Below, piece by piece: positions 41,274 to 51,908 of a DNA stretch of 64,000 bases; position 1 is the first letter of the stretch; each line of letters begins with the position of its first letter. The stretch spans positions 138,807 to 202,806 of the forward strand of contig CAVZME010000011.1 in assembly GCA_963776385.1 (NCBI GenBank), written 5' to 3'. The position numbers and the translations under genes are program-made. Source of the DNA: an uncultured Chloroflexia bacterium. GTDB lineage: Bacteria > Chloroflexota > Limnocylindria > Limnocylindrales > CSP1-4. The notes below the pieces were generated by a model. It was not told the DNA's origin, made no database searches, and saw nothing but the letters and a program-made list of their open reading frames with translations.

Positions 41274-41881
41274 ATGGACGAGGCACTCACCGAGCTCGGG
41301 ATGCCCGTGCCGGATTCCGCGCTCGCGCGGCGAGCCCGCGAGCTCATCGCGGATGTCGCGGCACCCTTCCTTGTGAACCACTCGGTCCGGTGTCTATGCC
41401 TGGGCCGTCGAGCTGGCAGGGTACGACCGGCTCACGTTCGATCCCGAGATCCTCTACGTGTCCGCGATGCTCCACGACATCGGCCTGGTTCCAGCGTACG
41501 ACCTCGGCGGCGACTACGCGGTCGACGGCGCGGTCGCGGCGGAGCGGCTCGCGGTCGAGGCCGAGGAACCGGAGCCGCGCGCCCGGGCGATCTACGACGC
41601 GATCGCCTTGCACAACGACGAGACGATGCCGCCCGATCCCGCCGCCGAGGTGGTCCTGCTCTGGGATGCGACGGGCGTCGACGTCACCGGCGAGCGCTTC
41701 ACCGACGTTCGATCGGCGATCATCCCAGCGGTGCTGGCTGCATATCCGCGGCTCGATTTCAAGGGGGAGTTCTCGGCGCTCTTCGTCGACCAGGTGTCGC
41801 GCAAGCCGACCTCGCCTGGCCGCGGAGATGGCCGCCAAGGGCATCCTCGAGGAGATCGCGCAGGCCCCATTCGATAGCTAG
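41274..41881 (+). CDS. HD-domain phosphohydrolase-like protein; two apparent +1 frameshifts
   Basis: ATG 41274 (MDEALTELGMPVPDS..) in ORF 41169 frame, ORF 41458..41877 (..YVSAMLHDIGL.. HD motif), and the last residues ..AAEMAAKGILEEIAQAPFDS in ORF 41216..41881. Frame path 0>1>2, with changes near 41390 and 41815. Confidence 0.65.
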
Positions 41882-41895
41882 TGGAGGGCAACGTC

Positions 41896-43264
41896 ATGAG
41901 CGACTACGCCGTCGTGAACCCGGCCACGGGGGAGACCGTGGCCCGCTACGACAGCTTCACCGATGCCCAGGTCGAGGGGGCGCTCGCCAAAGCCCATGCG
42001 GCGTTCGTCACCTGGCGGAAGCTTCCGGTCGCCGAGCGGGCGGGGATCGTCCGCCGCGCGGCCGAGCTCCATCGGGAACGCCGAAAGGAGCTGGCCGCCG
42101 TCATCGTCCGGGAGATGGGCAAGCCGTTCGCTGCCGCGCTCGGCGAGGTCGACTTCTCGGCGGACATCACCGAGTACTACGCGGATCAGGCGGACGTGAT
42201 CACCGCCGATCAGCCGCTCACGATCCTCGGCGAGGGCACCGCGGTGATCCGGCGCAGCCCGCTCGGGTGTGCTGTTCGGGATCATGCCCTGGAACTTCCC
42301 CTACTACCAGGTGGCCAGGTTCGCGGCGCCGAACCTGGTCCTCGGGAACACGATCGTCCTCAAGCATGCGTCGCAATGCCCTGAGTCGGCCGCTGCCATC
42401 GAGGCGATCTATCGCGATGCCGGGCTGCCGGACGGCGCCTACGTCAACGTCTATGTCAGCGCCGAGCAGGCCGCCACGATCGTGGCCGATCCGCGGGTCC
42501 AGGGCGTCTCGGTGACCGGCTCGGAGCGGGCCGGGGCGGCGGTCGCGGAGGTCGCGGGGCGGCACCTGAAGAAGGTGGCCCTCGAGCTCGGCGGCTCGGA
42601 TCCGTTCATCGTGCTGGCGACGGATGACCTCGACGCGGTGGTTGCGGCGGCGACCGCGGCACGGCTGGACAACACCGGCCAGTCCTGCAACGGCGCCAAG
42701 CGATTCATCGTCGTGGACGGGTTGTACGACGAGTTCCTGGCCAAGTTCACCGCCGCGATGGCCGCGTCGCCGCTGGGTGACCCGATGGCGAGGGGGACGG
42801 TCCTCGGGCCGCTGTCGTCGGTCGAGGCGGCGACCCGGTTGCAGGGCCAGGTCGATCGGGCGGTGGCGCAGGGCGCGACCGTCGTGACCGGCGGCGGCTC
42901 CCGGGACGGCGCGTACTACCCGCCGACGGTGCTGACCGGCGTGACGCCCGAGATGGACGCGTATCGGGAGGAGTTCTTCGGACCGGTCGGCGTCGTCTAC
43001 CGGGTGGCCGACGAGGACGCGGCGGTCACGCTCGCGAATGACACCAGCTTCGGGCTGGGTTCGTACGTGTTCAGCAACGATCCGGAGCAGGCGGCCCGGG
43101 TCGCCGATCGGATCGAGGCGGGCATGGTCTACGTCAACCTGGTGCTGGCCGACAGCCCCGAACTGCCGTTCGGCGGCGTCAAGCGCAGCGGTACGGCCCG
43201 GGAGTTGGGTCTGCTGGCGGCCGATGAGTTCGTGAACAAGAAGCTCATCCGGACCGCCGGCTAG
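41896..43264 (+). CDS. NAD(P)-dependent aldehyde dehydrogenase (succinate-semialdehyde dehydrogenase-like); one apparent frameshift
   Basis: ATG 41896 follows GGAGGG. Merges ORFs 41881..42384 and 42269..43264. Motifs ..PWNFPYYQ.., ..ELGGSDPFIV.., ..GQSCNGAKRFIV... Frame change near 42262-42270. Span 1369 nt = 3n+1. Confidence 0.9.
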
Positions 43265-43327
43265 CCAGCAGGATCACCACGTTGATCGCGACCGGGCTGA
43301 ACGCCACGCCGGCCGACCCGCCACCGA

Positions 43328-44480
43328 TCAGACGACGTCGCGGCGGATCGTCAGCGAGGCGATGGTCGCGAAGAAGACGGCGAACGCGGCCAGGACGAGC
43401 AGGTCGAACCGGAGGGCCGCGCTGGCCAGGTCGGCGCCCGCGATGAAGACCTGCGCGGAGGCCCTCGACGGTGTAGGTCAGCGGCATGATCTTCGACGAG
43501 CGGCTGGACGACCGGCGGGCAGGCTGTCGACCGGGAACAGGACGCCCGACAGGAGGAACTGCGGGACCAGCACGAGCGGGATGAACTGGATGATCTGGAG
43601 CTCGGTCCGCGCGAAGGTCGACAGGAAGATGCCGAGGCTGACCGCGCCGAGGGCCGTGAGGACCACGACGAGGAAGGCGTAGACGGGGCTGCCCGCGATC
43701 GGGATCCCGAGGCCGACCCAGAAGTCGGGCAGCGGCCCGATCGCCGGCACGTGGACGCTCGCGAGCGCCCAGGTCATGCAGCAGCGACCACCTGGAGCGT
43801 CGCGAACAGCCCGAAGCCGAGGATGTAGCCGGTCACGACCTCGCCGCGGGTGACCGGCGTCGCCATCAGCCGCTCGAGCGTGCCGCCGGTGCGCTCGCGC
43901 AGGAAGCTGACGCCGGTGAGGAGGTAGACGAAGAAGTAGGCGAAGAAGCCGACGATCGCCGGGGCGAAGGTCGTGATCGGGTCGCTGCTCGGCGTCCCGT
44001 ACAGCGTCGTGTGGTCGATCGTCGGCGGACGTGACGCCCGGTGATCGACGGCCGCGGCCGCGAGCGAGGGCCCGACCGACGGCCGCCACCTGGCTCCGCC
44101 TCGCCGGACGGGTCGAGGCCGTCGGTCAGGACCGTGATGGTCGGCGCCCGCCGCGTCCCGAGCCCGGCCGGCAGCGTGATCGCGACCGTCGCCGATGCCG
44201 TCCTCGACCGCGGCCTCGGCGGTCGCCGCGTCGGGGACGATCGTGGCCGTCCCGCCGTCGGCCTCGAGCGTGGTCCGGAGGGCGTTCGCGACGACGATGC
44301 CGGGCGGGCCCGCCTCGTTGACGATGACCGCGTCCACCGGCGGGCGTCTGGCCCTCGCGGAGGATGAACGTGACGAGGCCGGTGACGAGGATCGGGGCGA
44401 TGAACAGGAGCGCCGAGCGACGGCCGATCGCGCCGGATCTCCTGGACGACCCGGCGGAACGAGCGCGCCGGACGCGGCGG
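43328..44480 (-). pseudogene. ABC-2 type transporter permease; multiple apparent frameshifts
   Basis: Fragments lie in ORFs 44126..44656 (..SALLFIAPILVTGLVTFILREG..), 43774..44337, 43478..44089 (..LGIFLSTFARTELQIIQFIPLVLVPQFLLSGVLFPV..) and 43245..43487. A final untracked frame (..FIAGADLASAALRFDLLVLAAFAVFFATIASLTIRRDVV) ends at TGA 43328-43330. At least four frame changes. Exact start not resolved. Confidence 0.6.
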
Positions 44481-44484
44481 CCGC

Positions 44485-45254
44485 TCACCGGGTCACCGGC
44501 TGGTCGCCGCCGAGGCGCAGGAAGGCCTGCTCGAGGTCGTCGGTGCCGGCCTGGCGCGCGGATCTCGGCGCCGGACCCGCGGGCGATGACCTTGCCGGAC
44601 CGGATGAACAGGAGCTCGTCGCAGCGGTCGGCCTCGTCCATGACGTGGCTCGACACGATGATCGTCGTGCCGCCGTCGGCGAGCGCCCGGAAGTGCGCCC
44701 AGAACTCGACCCGGAGCAGCGGGATCGACGCCGACCGTCGGCTCGTCGAGGAACAGGACGGGCGGCCGGTGGACGAGCGCGCAGGCGAGCGACAGCCGGC
44801 GACGCTGGCCGCCCGACAGGGTGCCGGCGATCGAATCGACGCGGTCGGCGAGGTCCACGACGCGCGAGGGCGTCGGTCACCGCCTCCGGACCCGCCGACG
44901 CCGTAGGCCGCGGCGAAGAACCGGGCGTTCTCGCCCGACGGTCAGCGCCGGGTAGATCCCGTCGCTCTGGGTCATGTAGCCGATCCGTCCGAGCGTCGGC
45001 CGCGACGGCATCGCCACGCCGAGGACCTCGGCGTGCCCGGCGGTCGCTCGGGTCAGCCCGACGAGCAGCCGGATGAGCGTCGTCTTGCCCGACCCGTTCG
45101 GGCCGAGGACGCCGTAGATCCGGCCCGGGGCGAGGTCGAACGAGACGTCGTCGACCGCGCGGATCGGGCCGAACGCCTTGACGAGCCCGGCGGCGCGCAC
45201 GGCCGGTCCGGCAGACCCGGTCGCGGTCGCGGCTGGCTCAGCAGCGAGCGTCAT
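44485..45254 (-). pseudogene. ABC transporter ATP-binding protein; five apparent +1 frameshifts
   Basis: ATG 45254. Walker A GPNGSGKTTLI, signature [10 protein letters not shown], Walker [14 protein letters not shown]-loop SSHVMDEA. Rebuilt from ORFs 44877..45389, 44485..44880, 44493..44858 and 44126..44656. Frame path 2>1>0>2>1>0 in 770 nt. Confidence 0.8.
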
Positions 45255-45391
45255 CGTCGAGTCGAATGATACGGATGCCGGGCACACCCGTTTGACGGAA
45301 TCGCTCCGGACCCCGATGGTGGAGTGGCAATCGCCGGCGCCGGGCATGCATCTCGTTGGTCCGCAGCGCGCGATGGATCGGATCCCCACTC

Positions 45392-45679
45392 ATGGCTCGA
45401 ACGTCCTTCTCTGCGCCCGAGGCGCACATCGTCGTCAGCACCGACGGCTACTTCGACGTCTACCCGACGTCCGCCCGCACGAATGGCGACAAGCCCGCCT
45501 ATCGCGGCGTCGTCGCCGAGCTCGGCCAGGACATGCGCGGCAGCGACGACCGCCTCGGCGTCCGGCCGGACTCCGTCGCCCTTGCCGAAGCAGTGACAGC
45601 GTGGTCGGCCGTGCATGGTGCGGCGGCCCTCGCCGGCTCGCTGGGTGGCGGCCGCGACGGCAACGAGGAGGCCGCGTGA
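45392..45679 (+). CDS. hypothetical small protein
   Basis: ATG 45392 within ORF 45356..45679. 95 aa (MARTSFSAPEAHIVVSTDGYFDVYPTSARTNGDKPAYRG..). Stop overlaps the next GTG (GTGA). No family recognised. Confidence 0.45.
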   Translation: MARTSFSAPEAHIVVSTDGYFDVYPTSARTNGDKPAYRGVVAELGQDMRGSDDRLGVRPDSVALAEAVTAWSAVHGAAALAGSLGGGRDGNEEAA

Positions 45680-45990
45680 AGCGACGCAAGGTCACCTACC
45701 CGGTCGCCCGCACCCACACCAAGGGGGCGCCCAAGCCCGGGGCAGGCCCTGAGGCCGCCATGGTCCGGCCGAACCTCGTCGCAATCGACCTGACCGCGGG
45801 CCTCGGCCGCCAGAACCTCAAGGTCGGTGGCCGCGTCCGCATCAGCGGCTCCGGGCTGTATGCCGGCGAGGAAGCCATCATCGAGCGGCTCGTGGCCGGA
45901 GTCATCCCGGCCGCGACCGTCAGGACGGACTCGGGCGGCACGCGCCGCGTCCGCACGATCGACCTCGACCCGATCGTCGGCCCACGCTGA
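45676..45990 (+). CDS. hypothetical small basic protein
   Basis: GTG 45676 (alternative internal ATG giving MVRPNLVAIDL..). 104 aa, read from the tail of ORF 45178..45990 (..KVGGRVRISGSGLYAGEEAIIERLVAGVIPAATVRTDSGGTRRVRTIDL..), possibly a small beta-barrel. No family recognised. Confidence 0.45.
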   Translation: MKRRKVTYPVARTHTKGAPKPGAGPEAAMVRPNLVAIDLTAGLGRQNLKVGGRVRISGSGLYAGEEAIIERLVAGVIPAATVRTDSGGTRRVRTIDLDPIVGPR

Positions 45991-46010
45991 CCTCCAGCGC
46001 GTGGCCTACG

Positions 46011-47753
46011 ATGGGCGACGTGGCTGAGCACGACCCGGACTCGACGACCGACGACGCTGACGGCTTCGCGGCCCTCGAGCTCGACCCGCGGCTGCTCAGG
46101 ACGGTCGCCGCCCTCGGCTACGAGGAGCCCACTCCGATCCAGCGCGAGGCCATCCCGCCGCTGCTGGCGGGCCGCGACCTCCTCGCCGAGGCACCCACGG
46201 GGACCGGCAAGACGGCGGCGTTCGCCCTGCCGACCCTCCAGCGCATCCCCATCGGGCAAGCCGGCGACGGCGGCACCTCCGCGCTCGTCCTCGTGCCGAC
46301 GCGCGAGCTCGCGATGCAGGTCGCCGAGGCGTTGCTCAAGTACGGCCGCGAGATGGGGGCCCGGGTCGTGCCGGTGTACGGCGGCCAGCCGATCGGTCAG
46401 CAGCTCCGCGGCCTGCGCCGCGGCGTCGACGTCGTCGTCGCGACGCCGGGACGGGCGGTGGACCACCTCAAGCGTGGCAGCCTGCGCCTCGATGGCGTCA
46501 AGGTGGTCATCCTCGACGAGGCCGACGAGATGCTGGACATGGGCTTCGCGGAGGATCTCGAGACGATCCTCGCGGCGACGCCGGACGACCGCCAGACCGC
46601 GCTCTTCTCCGCGACGGTCTCACCGACCATCTCGCGCATCGCAAAGCGGCACCTGCGCGAGCCCGCCCGCATCAAGGTCCATGCCGAGAAGGCCTCGCGC
46701 GACGGCGTCGCCCGCATCCGCCAGGTCGCCTATGTCGTCCGGCGCAACGACAAGCTCGCTGCGCTGTGTCGCATCCTCGACGTCGAGGACCCGACGTCGA
46801 CGCTGGTCTTCGCCCGCACGCGCGGCGAGGTCGACGATCTCGCGGAAGCGTTGAGTGCCCGCGGTCACGACGCCGCAGCGCTCCACGGCGGACTCGTCCA
46901 GGAGGGCCGCGACCGGATCATGAACCGGTTCCGGGACGGCTCCCTCGACGTGCTCGTCGCCACGGACGTCGCCGCCCGCGGGCTGGACATCGAGCATGTC
47001 TCCCATGTCGTCAACTTCGACGTCCCATCGAACCCCGACGCCTACGTCCATCGCATCGGCCGGACGGGGCGAGCCGGCCGCGACGGCGTGGCCATCACTC
47101 TCGTCGAGCCGCGCGAGCATCGGATGCTTCGCAACATCGAGGCGGCGACCCACACGAAGCTCGAGATCGCCCGGCTGCCGACGGTCGCGGACCTGCGAGA
47201 GCGCAGGACCGAGATCATCCGGGCCAATCTGCGCGAGGCCTTGCTGGCCGACGGCTACGACCGTTTCCGCGGCGTCGTCGAACCGCTGACCGACGAATTC
47301 GACCTGGTCGACATCGCCCTCGCCGCGGTCAGCCTGATCGAGGGCGCGACCGCCGCCGAATCAGACGAGGTCGAGCTGGCCTCGCCACCGCTCGTGGCAC
47401 CCGGGCCGCCTCCCCGGAACGCCCGCCCGGCAGCGCCCCGCGGGCGGGCTGGTCCCGGCGGGGTCCCCTACCCGACCGGGCCGTCGAGTCCGCGGCAGGA
47501 TCGCGGCGCGCCCGACGGCGGCTGGGTCCGCCTCTTCGTCGGTGGTGGGCGGCGCGCGGGCCTCCGCCCGGGCGACCTCGTCGGCGCGATCACGAATGAA
47601 GCCCACGTCCCGGGCAGCGTCGTGGGCGCCATCCAGATCAACGAGGGCTTCTCGTTCGTCGATGTCCAGGAAGGCGTCGCCGAGGCCGTCATCGCGGCGC
47701 TCGCGACTGCGACCATCCGGGGACGGCGCATGCAGGTCCGCCGCGATCGCTGA
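46011..47753 (+). CDS. deaD: DEAD-box ATP-dependent RNA helicase with DbpA-type C-terminal RNA-binding domain
   Basis: 580-aa single ORF. Q motif ..PTPIQ.., [34 protein letters not shown]-terminal ..[14 protein letters not shown]... Confidence 0.9.
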   Translation: MGDVAEHDPDSTTDDADGFAALELDPRLLRTVAALGYEEPTPIQREAIPPLLAGRDLLAEAPTGTGKTAAFALPTLQRIPIGQAGDGGTSALVLVPTRELAMQVAEALLKYGREMGARVVPVYGGQPIGQQLRGLRRGVDVVVATPGRAVDHLKRGSLRLDGVKVVILDEADEMLDMGFAEDLETILAATPDDRQTALFSATVSPTISRIAKRHLREPARIKVHAEKASRDGVARIRQVAYVVRRNDKLAALCRILDVEDPTSTLVFARTRGEVDDLAEALSARGHDAAALHGGLVQEGRDRIMNRFRDGSLDVLVATDVAARGLDIEHVSHVVNFDVPSNPDAYVHRIGRTGRAGRDGVAITLVEPREHRMLRNIEAATHTKLEIARLPTVADLRERRTEIIRANLREALLADGYDRFRGVVEPLTDEFDLVDIALAAVSLIEGATAAESDEVELASPPLVAPGPPPRNARPAAPRGRAGPGGVPYPTGPSSPRQDRGAPDGGWVRLFVGGGRRAGLRPGDLVGAITNEAHVPGSVVGAIQINEGFSFVDVQEGVAEAVIAALATATIRGRRMQVRRDR

Positions 47754-47766
47754 AGTCGGAGGGGAG

Positions 47767-48265
47767 ATGCGGAAGTCGGAGATCGAGACGCTGTTCGACT
47801 ACCTCTTCTGGCTCCGCGACCTGGCGCTGCAGGCGGCGGCGACGATGGCGACCCGAGGCCTTCCTCGCGACGGAGGTGCTCGGGCATCGCGACCTGCGGG
47901 CGACACTCGTCCACGAGCTCGATGTCGAACGAAGCTGGCGGATCAGACTCCGCGACGAGATCCCGCACGTCGACGGCGAGACCGAACTGGACCCGGCCGA
48001 CTTCCCGACGGTCGCCTCCCTTGAGGAGGAATGGCGCCGCGACGAGATCGAGACGCGGGACTGGCTTGCGGGTCTGACCGACGAGGCCCTCGCCGCCGAC
48101 AGCGATGTCGAAGGTCGGGCCGGCTACACGTTGTCGGATTACGTCACCCACGTCGCGGTCCACGGCATCGGTGAATGCCAGGAGGCGATGCTCCTCCTGA
48201 CACGCGCCGGTCACCCGGCCGGCCCAACGGGTTTCCTCGACTATCGCGACGCCCATCTGACGTGA
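47767..48265 (+). CDS. DinB-family (four-helix bundle) protein; one apparent frameshift
   Basis: ATG 47767 follows GGAGGGGAG. N-part [27 protein letters not shown].. (tail of ORF 47542..48024) plus ORF 47876..48265 (..[18 protein letters not shown].., ..[15 protein letters not shown]..). Frame change near 47845-47875. Span 499 nt = 3n+1. Confidence 0.7.
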
Positions 48266-49620
48266 CCTCGGTGGTCGCGACAGCACGGGGCCTGCTCGAC
48301 CGTGTCTTCCCGCGCGGGGCGATCCTGCTGTCCGTCCTGTCGCTCGGCTACTTCGTGAGCGGCATCATCCGCAATCGGGTCTTCGCCAACACGTACGGCG
48401 CGGGCGCCGAGCTCGATGCCTACAACGCCGCATTCCGCATCCCGGAGATCGCCCTCGACGTCCTCGTCGCGGCCGGGCTGACCGCGCCGTTCGTGCCGAT
48501 CTACAGCCGGCTTCGTCACGACGACGGCGGCGACCGATCCGCCAACGAGTTCGGGCGGACCGTGCTGACCGGCGCGGTCGGGCTCATGACCATCGCGAGC
48601 GTCCTGATCTTCCTCGCCGCCCCATGGCTGGCGGGCATCGTCGGCCACGGCTTCGACCCCGCGACCCAGGAGCTGTACGTCCAGCTCGTCCGGATCAACT
48701 GCATCGCGCAGATCCTGTTCGCGGCGTCGATCGCCCTCGGCGAGATCCTCGTCGCGGACCGCAAGTTCCTGTTCTACGCTCTCGCCCCGATCTTCTACAC
48801 GTCGGGCATCATCGTCTTCACGATCCTGTTCGCGGGTGCCTACGGGGTCGTCGCATCGGCCTGGGGAGCCGTCGCCGGCGCTGCCGCACACCTCGGCATC
48901 CGGGCGATCGGGACGACCCGGACCTCGTTTCGCATCGGGCCGGGCCTGGCCGTCGGGACCGCCGCCATGCGTGAATTCCTCCGGCTGATGGTCCCGCGCA
49001 TGTTCTCGGTCGCCATCGACCCGCTGACCATCACGTATTTCACGCGGGTCGCGGCGGGCCTCGGCGTCGGTGCCGTGTCGGCCCTCAACTTCGGTCTCGA
49101 CTACCAGGTCCTGCCGGTCAGCCTCATCGGCGTCTCGTTCTCACTGGCGGTCTTCCCGCTGCTGTCGGCGGCCTTCGCCGACGACGACGGACCGGCCTTT
49201 CGCGCCATCCTCGGCCGGAACCTGATCACCATCGCGGTGCTGACGACCCTGGCCGCGATCGCCCTGTTCGTCCTCTCGGGGACGCTCGTCGAGGTCCTGC
49301 TCGGTGGCGGCAAGTTCGGGCCGGACGACGTCGCGCGGACGTCGGCAGTGGTCGCGGCCTTCGCGCTGTCGGTCCCGTTCGACGCCCTCGCCTACCCTCT
49401 TTCGCGCGGCCTGTACGCGACGCACGACACGCTCCGGCAGGTCCTCGCCTCGTTCGCCGGGCTCGGCGTGGTCGTCCTCGCGACGCAGGTCCTCGAAGGC
49501 CCGCTGGACCTCCTCGCGATCCCGTTCGGCTATGCGGCCGGCGTCATCGCCAAGGACATCCTGCTGGCGATCTTCCTCGTCGGCCGCGTCCGACGGATCG
49601 GGCTCAGCTCGCGGGCTTGA
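48262..49620 (+). CDS. murJ: lipid II flippase MurJ (MviN family)
   Basis: GTG 48262 overlaps the upstream stop (GTGA). About 452 aa, polytopic. N-terminal pattern ..[26 protein letters not shown].. is typical of MurJ. Confidence 0.85.
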   Translation: MTSVVATARGLLDRVFPRGAILLSVLSLGYFVSGIIRNRVFANTYGAGAELDAYNAAFRIPEIALDVLVAAGLTAPFVPIYSRLRHDDGGDRSANEFGRTVLTGAVGLMTIASVLIFLAAPWLAGIVGHGFDPATQELYVQLVRINCIAQILFAASIALGEILVADRKFLFYALAPIFYTSGIIVFTILFAGAYGVVASAWGAVAGAAAHLGIRAIGTTRTSFRIGPGLAVGTAAMREFLRLMVPRMFSVAIDPLTITYFTRVAAGLGVGAVSALNFGLDYQVLPVSLIGVSFSLAVFPLLSAAFADDDGPAFRAILGRNLITIAVLTTLAAIALFVLSGTLVEVLLGGGKFGPDDVARTSAVVAAFALSVPFDALAYPLSRGLYATHDTLRQVLASFAGLGVVVLATQVLEGPLDLLAIPFGYAAGVIAKDILLAIFLVGRVRRIGLSSRA

Positions 49621-50575
49621 CGCGGGTCGGCACGACGGCGATGTACAAGCCGTCGCGGTCCGGGTAGGAGCCTTCCGGGCGCTTCCACTTGAGGTAGTTG
49701 CGCACCATCTCCTTGCCGTCCTGGTAGGTCCCGGGCGGATCGGACGGGCCCCAGATGCTCGACACGTCGGGGTACCACGGGTCGAGGATGTAGGTGCCCT
49801 TGATCGTCGCGTCACGGAAGATCGACGGATCGGCGTCGGCGCGGAAGCCGCTCATGACCCACGTGTGAGCCCCGCGCCACGCGAGCAGGAGGACCGGCGA
49901 TCTCGTCTTCTGGATCGCCTTGGCGGCATCGCGGAGGGCGCCCTGACGTGTCTTGTACGCCCGGACCTCGTAGCCGGGAACGCCATACGCGTCGAGGGCG
50001 AGGGCCATCGCCGACGGTCCCCAGTCGCCGTTATGGCTGTCCTTGTAGCTCTCCCACTCGCGGACTCGACCCTGGATCTCGCGCTGGAAGTCGTGGGAGG
50101 TGTCGCCCTTGCCGAGGATCGCCAGGACCATCTGGACGCCCGCCGACGCACACCAGGTGACCTTGAGCTCGTGGGCGAAGACCTTCTTGTCGTTCTTGAC
50201 GATGTCCACGTCCACCGCGACACGGGCCGGCGTCGGGACGGGCGTCGCTGTCGGGGCCGAGACCGGCGTCGGGAGTCCGCTGCCGGTCGGCGGCGTCGCG
50301 GTCGGGGTCGGGGTCGCATCCGATTCGTCGATGCTCTCGTCGTCGATCACCGGGTCGCTCGGATTGGCGACGAGCACCGTGACCGGCGCCGAACGTTCCG
50401 GCACGGGGCCGGCCAGGAATCGGTCCACCTTGGCCACGGCCCGATCGAACAGGCGGCCGGCACCGAGCGTGTCGGTCTGGACCGCCGCGACGCCGGCCAC
50501 GGTCCCGACGAGCAGCAGCGCGACCAGGCCGAGCGCGACGCGGCGAGCGCGTCGGTGGCGGATGGTGCTGGTCAT
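49604..50575 (-). CDS. secreted/anchored protein with C39-like (papain-fold) peptidase domain
   Basis: ATG 50575 (MTSTIRHRRARRVALGLVALLLVG signal/anchor). Pro/Thr linker. Putative Cys in ..VTWCASAGVQMVLAILG.. and His in ..GAHTWVMSGF... Convergent 17-nt overlap with the murJ end. Confidence 0.55.
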   Translation of the reverse strand: MTSTIRHRRARRVALGLVALLLVGTVAGVAAVQTDTLGAGRLFDRAVAKVDRFLAGPVPERSAPVTVLVANPSDPVIDDESIDESDATPTPTATPPTGSGLPTPVSAPTATPVPTPARVAVDVDIVKNDKKVFAHELKVTWCASAGVQMVLAILGKGDTSHDFQREIQGRVREWESYKDSHNGDWGPSAMALALDAYGVPGYEVRAYKTRQGALRDAAKAIQKTRSPVLLLAWRGAHTWVMSGFRADADPSIFRDATIKGTYILDPWYPDVSSIWGPSDPPGTYQDGKEMVRNYLKWKRPEGSYPDRDGLYIAVVPTRVKPAS

Positions 50576-50717
50576 CGAGGGCGGTCCACGGTGGCGGAGA
50601 CTCCAGGAGAGGTCGGGCGGATCGTCGGTGGGACGCGGCGACGGCCCGGTTCGTAACGTGAGGCCGGGCATGAGAGCATATGCCAGACACCGACGACACC
50701 CACCCAGGAGGCTCCAC

Positions 50718-51908
50718 GTGGACCGCTTCGAGCCGAATCTGCGAATCCCCGGACCGACCGCACTGCCGCCGAGCGTTCGCGAGGCCGGTGCCCGCCAGAT
50801 GATCAACCACCGCGGTCCGGAGTTCGCCGCGATGCTCGGTCGGATCCTGTCCGGCATGAAGCCGTACTTCGGGACGACCAACGACATCGCGATGATCACC
50901 ACCGCCGGGACCGGCGGCCTCGAAGCCGCCGTCGTCAATACCCTGTCGCCCGGCGACCGGGTCCTCGGCGTGTCGATCGGCTCGTTCGGCGACCGGTTCG
51001 CGAAGATCGCCCGGACCTATGGTGCGGACGTCACCAAGATCGATGTCGAGTGGGGCCAGGCCGCCGACCCTGGGATCCTGCGGGCGGAACTCGAGCGGGC
51101 ACCCGGCTACACGGCCGTCCTGCTGACCCACAACGAGACCTCGACCGGCGTCATGAACCCGATCGCGGCGCTGGCCGCCGTCGTGCGCGACAGCGCGCCG
51201 GATGCGCTCATCCTCGTGGATAGCGTGTCGGGTCTCGGGGCCGTCCCGTTCGAGATGGACGCCTGGGGCGTGGACGTCGTCGTGACCGGGTCGCAGAAGG
51301 CGTGGATGGCCGCCCCGGGCCTGGCCATGATCGCCGCTTCCGAGCGGGCCTGGGCCGCGATGGAACGAGCGACCATGCCGCGCGTCTACCTCGACCTGCG
51401 CGCGCATCGCGAGAGCCACGCCGCCGGCCAGACGCCGTGGACCCCGGCCATCGCCGTCGTCTACCAGGTCGACGAGGGGATCCGGTTGATGACCGCCGAG
51501 GGCGCCGAGCAGGTCTTCGCGCGCCACGAGGCATGCGCCGCGGCGTCACGGGCCGGGCTCTCGGCACTCGGCTTCGAGTTGTTCGCCGATCCGCGTCACG
51601 CGTCCAGGACGGTCACCGCGGCTGTCGTCCCCGATGACCTCGACTGGAAGGCGTTCAACGGCGAGGTCAAGCGTCGCGGCGTCGTCCTGGCTGGTGGCCA
51701 GGGCAAGCTCACCGGCAAGATCTTCCGGCTCGGCCACCTGGGTTCGGTCACGCTCGAGGAGATCCTCGGCGCGATGAGCACTCTCGAGATCGCCGCGATC
51801 GGGGCCGGGCGCCCGGTCCGCCCCGGGTCCGCGGTCGCGGCAGCGCAGGTCGCGGCGCTCGAGTCGATGGGCCTGACCAGCGCGGCCGCCGTCGGGGCGA
51901 GTGCGTGA
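50718..51908 (+). CDS. class V aminotransferase (serine-glyoxylate/alanine-glyoxylate/phosphoserine aminotransferase type)
   Basis: GTG 50718 lies 6 nt after AGGAGG (the remainder of track ORF 50100..51908 upstream is junk). PLP-lysine region ..VVVTGSQKAWMAAPGLA... Stop overlaps the serA start (GTGA). Confidence 0.85.
   Translation: MDRFEPNLRIPGPTALPPSVREAGARQMINHRGPEFAAMLGRILSGMKPYFGTTNDIAMITTAGTGGLEAAVVNTLSPGDRVLGVSIGSFGDRFAKIARTYGADVTKIDVEWGQAADPGILRAELERAPGYTAVLLTHNETSTGVMNPIAALAAVVRDSAPDALILVDSVSGLGAVPFEMDAWGVDVVVTGSQKAWMAAPGLAMIAASERAWAAMERATMPRVYLDLRAHRESHAAGQTPWTPAIAVVYQVDEGIRLMTAEGAEQVFARHEACAAASRAGLSALGFELFADPRHASRTVTAAVVPDDLDWKAFNGEVKRRGVVLAGGQGKLTGKIFRLGHLGSVTLEEILGAMSTLEIAAIGAGRPVRPGSAVAAAQVAALESMGLTSAAAVGASA

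Noticed and set aside
45392-45990. A toxin-antitoxin module formed by the two small overlapping ORFs.
   Set aside because: Neither product shows any toxin fold motif (PIN, RelE, MazF, HipA, Doc, GNAT) or antitoxin DNA-binding motif (RHH, HTH, AbrB) that I can recognise. The overlap style is simply the norm for operons in this genome.
50576-50717. The palindrome GCATATGC in the divergent gap between the C39-like gene and the aminotransferase gene, as a regulatory site.
   Set aside because: A single 8-bp palindrome is expected by chance at this scale, and no cognate regulator is nearby.
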